DNA of 64,000 nucleotides from NCBI RefSeq assembly GCF_988242995.1, contig NZ_OZ547043.1; one strand, 5' to 3'. Shown piece by piece: positions 62,367 to 64,000 of this stretch (position 1 is its first letter; each line of letters starts with the position of its first letter). The notes under the pieces were generated by a model. It saw only the letters and a program-made list of their open reading frames with translations, ran no database searches and was not told where the DNA came from. The position numbers and the translations under genes were made by a program.

Positions 62367-64000
62367 GTAAGCGTGCAGCAAGAACCGTATTGACGGGGAT
62401 GTGTTATTCAGTCGGCAGTGCTACGCGCCAGGGGAGCAGTTCGCCGACCCGGTTTATCGGCCAGTCGGCTATGACGTCAAGGACATAGCGGAGGTAGCTT
62501 TCTGGCTCCACTCCGTTCAGTTTGCACGTCCCGATCAGGCTGTACAGCAGCGCTCCCCGCTCTCCTCCATGATCCGAACCGAAGAACAGGTAGTTTTTGC
62601 GGCCCAGACTGACCATCCGCAACGCATTTTCAGCGATGTTATTGTCCGCCTCAGCCCAGCCATCATCTGCATAGTACGTCAGCGCCGGCCACTGGTTCAG
62701 GGCGTATGCGAACGCTTTCGCCAGTTCTGAGTGTCGCGACAGGGTTTTCATCTTTTCACGCAGCCAGCTTTCCAGGGATTTCAGCAGCGGTTTCGTTTTC
62801 AACTGACGTTCGGCAAGGCGCTGCTCCGCCGTCATTCCCCTTATCTCTGCCTCGATGGCGTACAGTTCGCCGATCCGTTTCAGCGCTTCCTCCGTCAGGG
62901 CTGACGGGGTGCGAACGTGCACATCGTGGATTTTACGGCGGGCGTGAGCCCAACAGGCGGCTTCCGTTATCCGGCCATCCCGGTACAGCTCGTTGAACCC
63001 GGCGTATGCATCCGCCTGCAGTACACCACTGAACCCCGCAAGATGGGTCTGCGGATGGATGCCTTTTCTGTCCGGGCTGTAAGCGAACCACACCGCCGGC
63101 GCCAGCGTTGACCCGGCGTTACGGTCGTCACGAACGTAGGTCCATAACCGCCCGGTCTTCGTTTTCTTATTGCCTGGCAACAGCACCGGGACAGGCGTGT
63201 CATCAGCATGGAGCTTACCGTCAGTCAGCACATAGTCCTGAAGCGCTTCTTCCAGCGGTGACAGTAGCCGGCAGCATGCATCCACCCAGCCCGACAGCAG
63301 TGAACGACTCAGCTCCACGCCCTGGCGGCCGTACATTTCAGACTGGCGGTACAGCGGGGTGTGCTCTGCATACTTTGAGATCAGCACGCGGGCCAGCAGC
63401 CCCGGTCCTGCGATACCCCGCTCGATGGGCCGTGAAGGCGCGGGGGCCTGCACGATGGCATCGCACTGAGTACAGGCATGCTTTTCACGTACAGTCCGGA
63501 TAACCCGGAAGGCGCTGCGCATCAGCTCCAGCTGTTCGGCGGCATCCTCACCCAGATAGCTCAGCGAGCCTCCACATTCCGGGCAGCATGACGCTGCCGG
63601 CAGCAGCCGTTTTTCATCGCGGGGGAGTGATTCGGGGAACGGTTTGCGGGTGCGGGTTTGACGCAGCGGGCGCTGCACGGCCGGGTCGTCAACCCGACCG
63701 GTAAGGGTATCACTTTCTTTCTGAAGTGCCTTCAGGTCAGCTTCCATCTGTGCGATACGACGGGAGACTTTTTCCGAGCGGCTGCCGAAGTTCATCCGGC
63801 GCAGCTTATCCAGCTGTGCCTGCAGATGGTCTATTTCGCGTTCACGCTCGTTCAGCTTTTCCAGCAGGGCATGGTTTAGCGCCTCCTGTTCGGCAAGGAG
63901 ACGTTTCAGTGCATTGATATCGTCAGGAAGTGAGCTGCTCATACCGGGTATATTACCAGGCTCATTCAGCGTCGACCAGGATAAAGAGGCTTACAACATA
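62367..64000 (-). mobile_element. IS66-family insertion sequence, copy 2 (truncated by window end)
   Basis: Terminal repeat GTAAGCGTGCAGC at 62367; intact tnpC; only the last codons of orf2 (from 63991) lie inside the window. Confidence 0.85.
62404..63942 (-). CDS. tnpC: IS66-family transposase (TnpC/orf3), full length
   Basis: 512-aa ORF; N-terminal coiled-coil/leucine-zipper region, CxxC zinc-ribbon, conserved ...[11 protein letters not shown]... region. Confidence 0.9.
   Translation of the reverse strand: MSSSLPDDINALKRLLAEQEALNHALLEKLNEREREIDHLQAQLDKLRRMNFGSRSEKVSRRIAQMEADLKALQKESDTLTGRVDDPAVQRPLRQTRTRKPFPESLPRDEKRLLPAASCCPECGGSLSYLGEDAAEQLELMRSAFRVIRTVREKHACTQCDAIVQAPAPSRPIERGIAGPGLLARVLISKYAEHTPLYRQSEMYGRQGVELSRSLLSGWVDACCRLLSPLEEALQDYVLTDGKLHADDTPVPVLLPGNKKTKTGRLWTYVRDDRNAGSTLAPAVWFAYSPDRKGIHPQTHLAGFSGVLQADAYAGFNELYRDGRITEAACWAHARRKIHDVHVRTPSALTEEALKRIGELYAIEAEIRGMTAEQRLAERQLKTKPLLKSLESWLREKMKTLSRHSELAKAFAYALNQWPALTYYADDGWAEADNNIAENALRMVSLGRKNYLFFGSDHGGERGALLYSLIGTCKLNGVEPESYLRYVLDVIADWPINRVGELLPWRVALPTE

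Overview
This window is an Escherichia coli-type chromosomal segment in two parts. Positions 1-38,722 are conserved core genome, syntenic with the K-12 yggC-tktA-speAB-metK-galP-gshB-ansB-mutY-nupG-speC-yqgA-pheV region. Gene identities there rest on near-identity of the translated ORFs to proteins I recognise, not on any database search. This core carries two small apparent insertions relative to K-12 as I recall it: an SPFH/band-7 gene plus an IS200 copy between cmtB and tktA, and a lipoprotein gene between speB and speA. yqgA, directly upstream of tRNA-Phe, is split across two reading frames. From the 3' end of tRNA-Phe (38,647-38,722) to the window end lies a horizontally acquired island. 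It contains a P4/CP4-type tyrosine integrase, an IS110-family transposase remnant, two diverged IS66-family elements in direct orientation (one with an internal 153-bp deletion, one cut by the window end), and CP4-prophage-like cargo: YagK/YfjJ-like, AlpA, YeeP-type GTPase, antigen 43 with its three-GATC Dam/OxyR switch, YeeR-like membrane protein, YafZ-like, KlcA/ArdB-like antirestriction, RadC-like, YeeT-like, and a CbtA/CbeA-type toxin-antitoxin module. The most unusual items are (i) a 353-codon open frame that joins about 230 residues of unrecognised Cys/Trp-rich sequence in frame to the CbeA-type antitoxin domain, (ii) a tandem pair of paralogous zinc-ribbon proteins downstream of the YagK-like gene, and (iii) two unrecognised ORFs flanking an ORF-poor AT-rich gap between alpA and the GTPase gene. 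I could not assign any of these to a known system from sequence alone. No rRNA genes or CRISPR arrays were seen. All coordinates were counted by hand; terminator and repeat boundaries are approximate.
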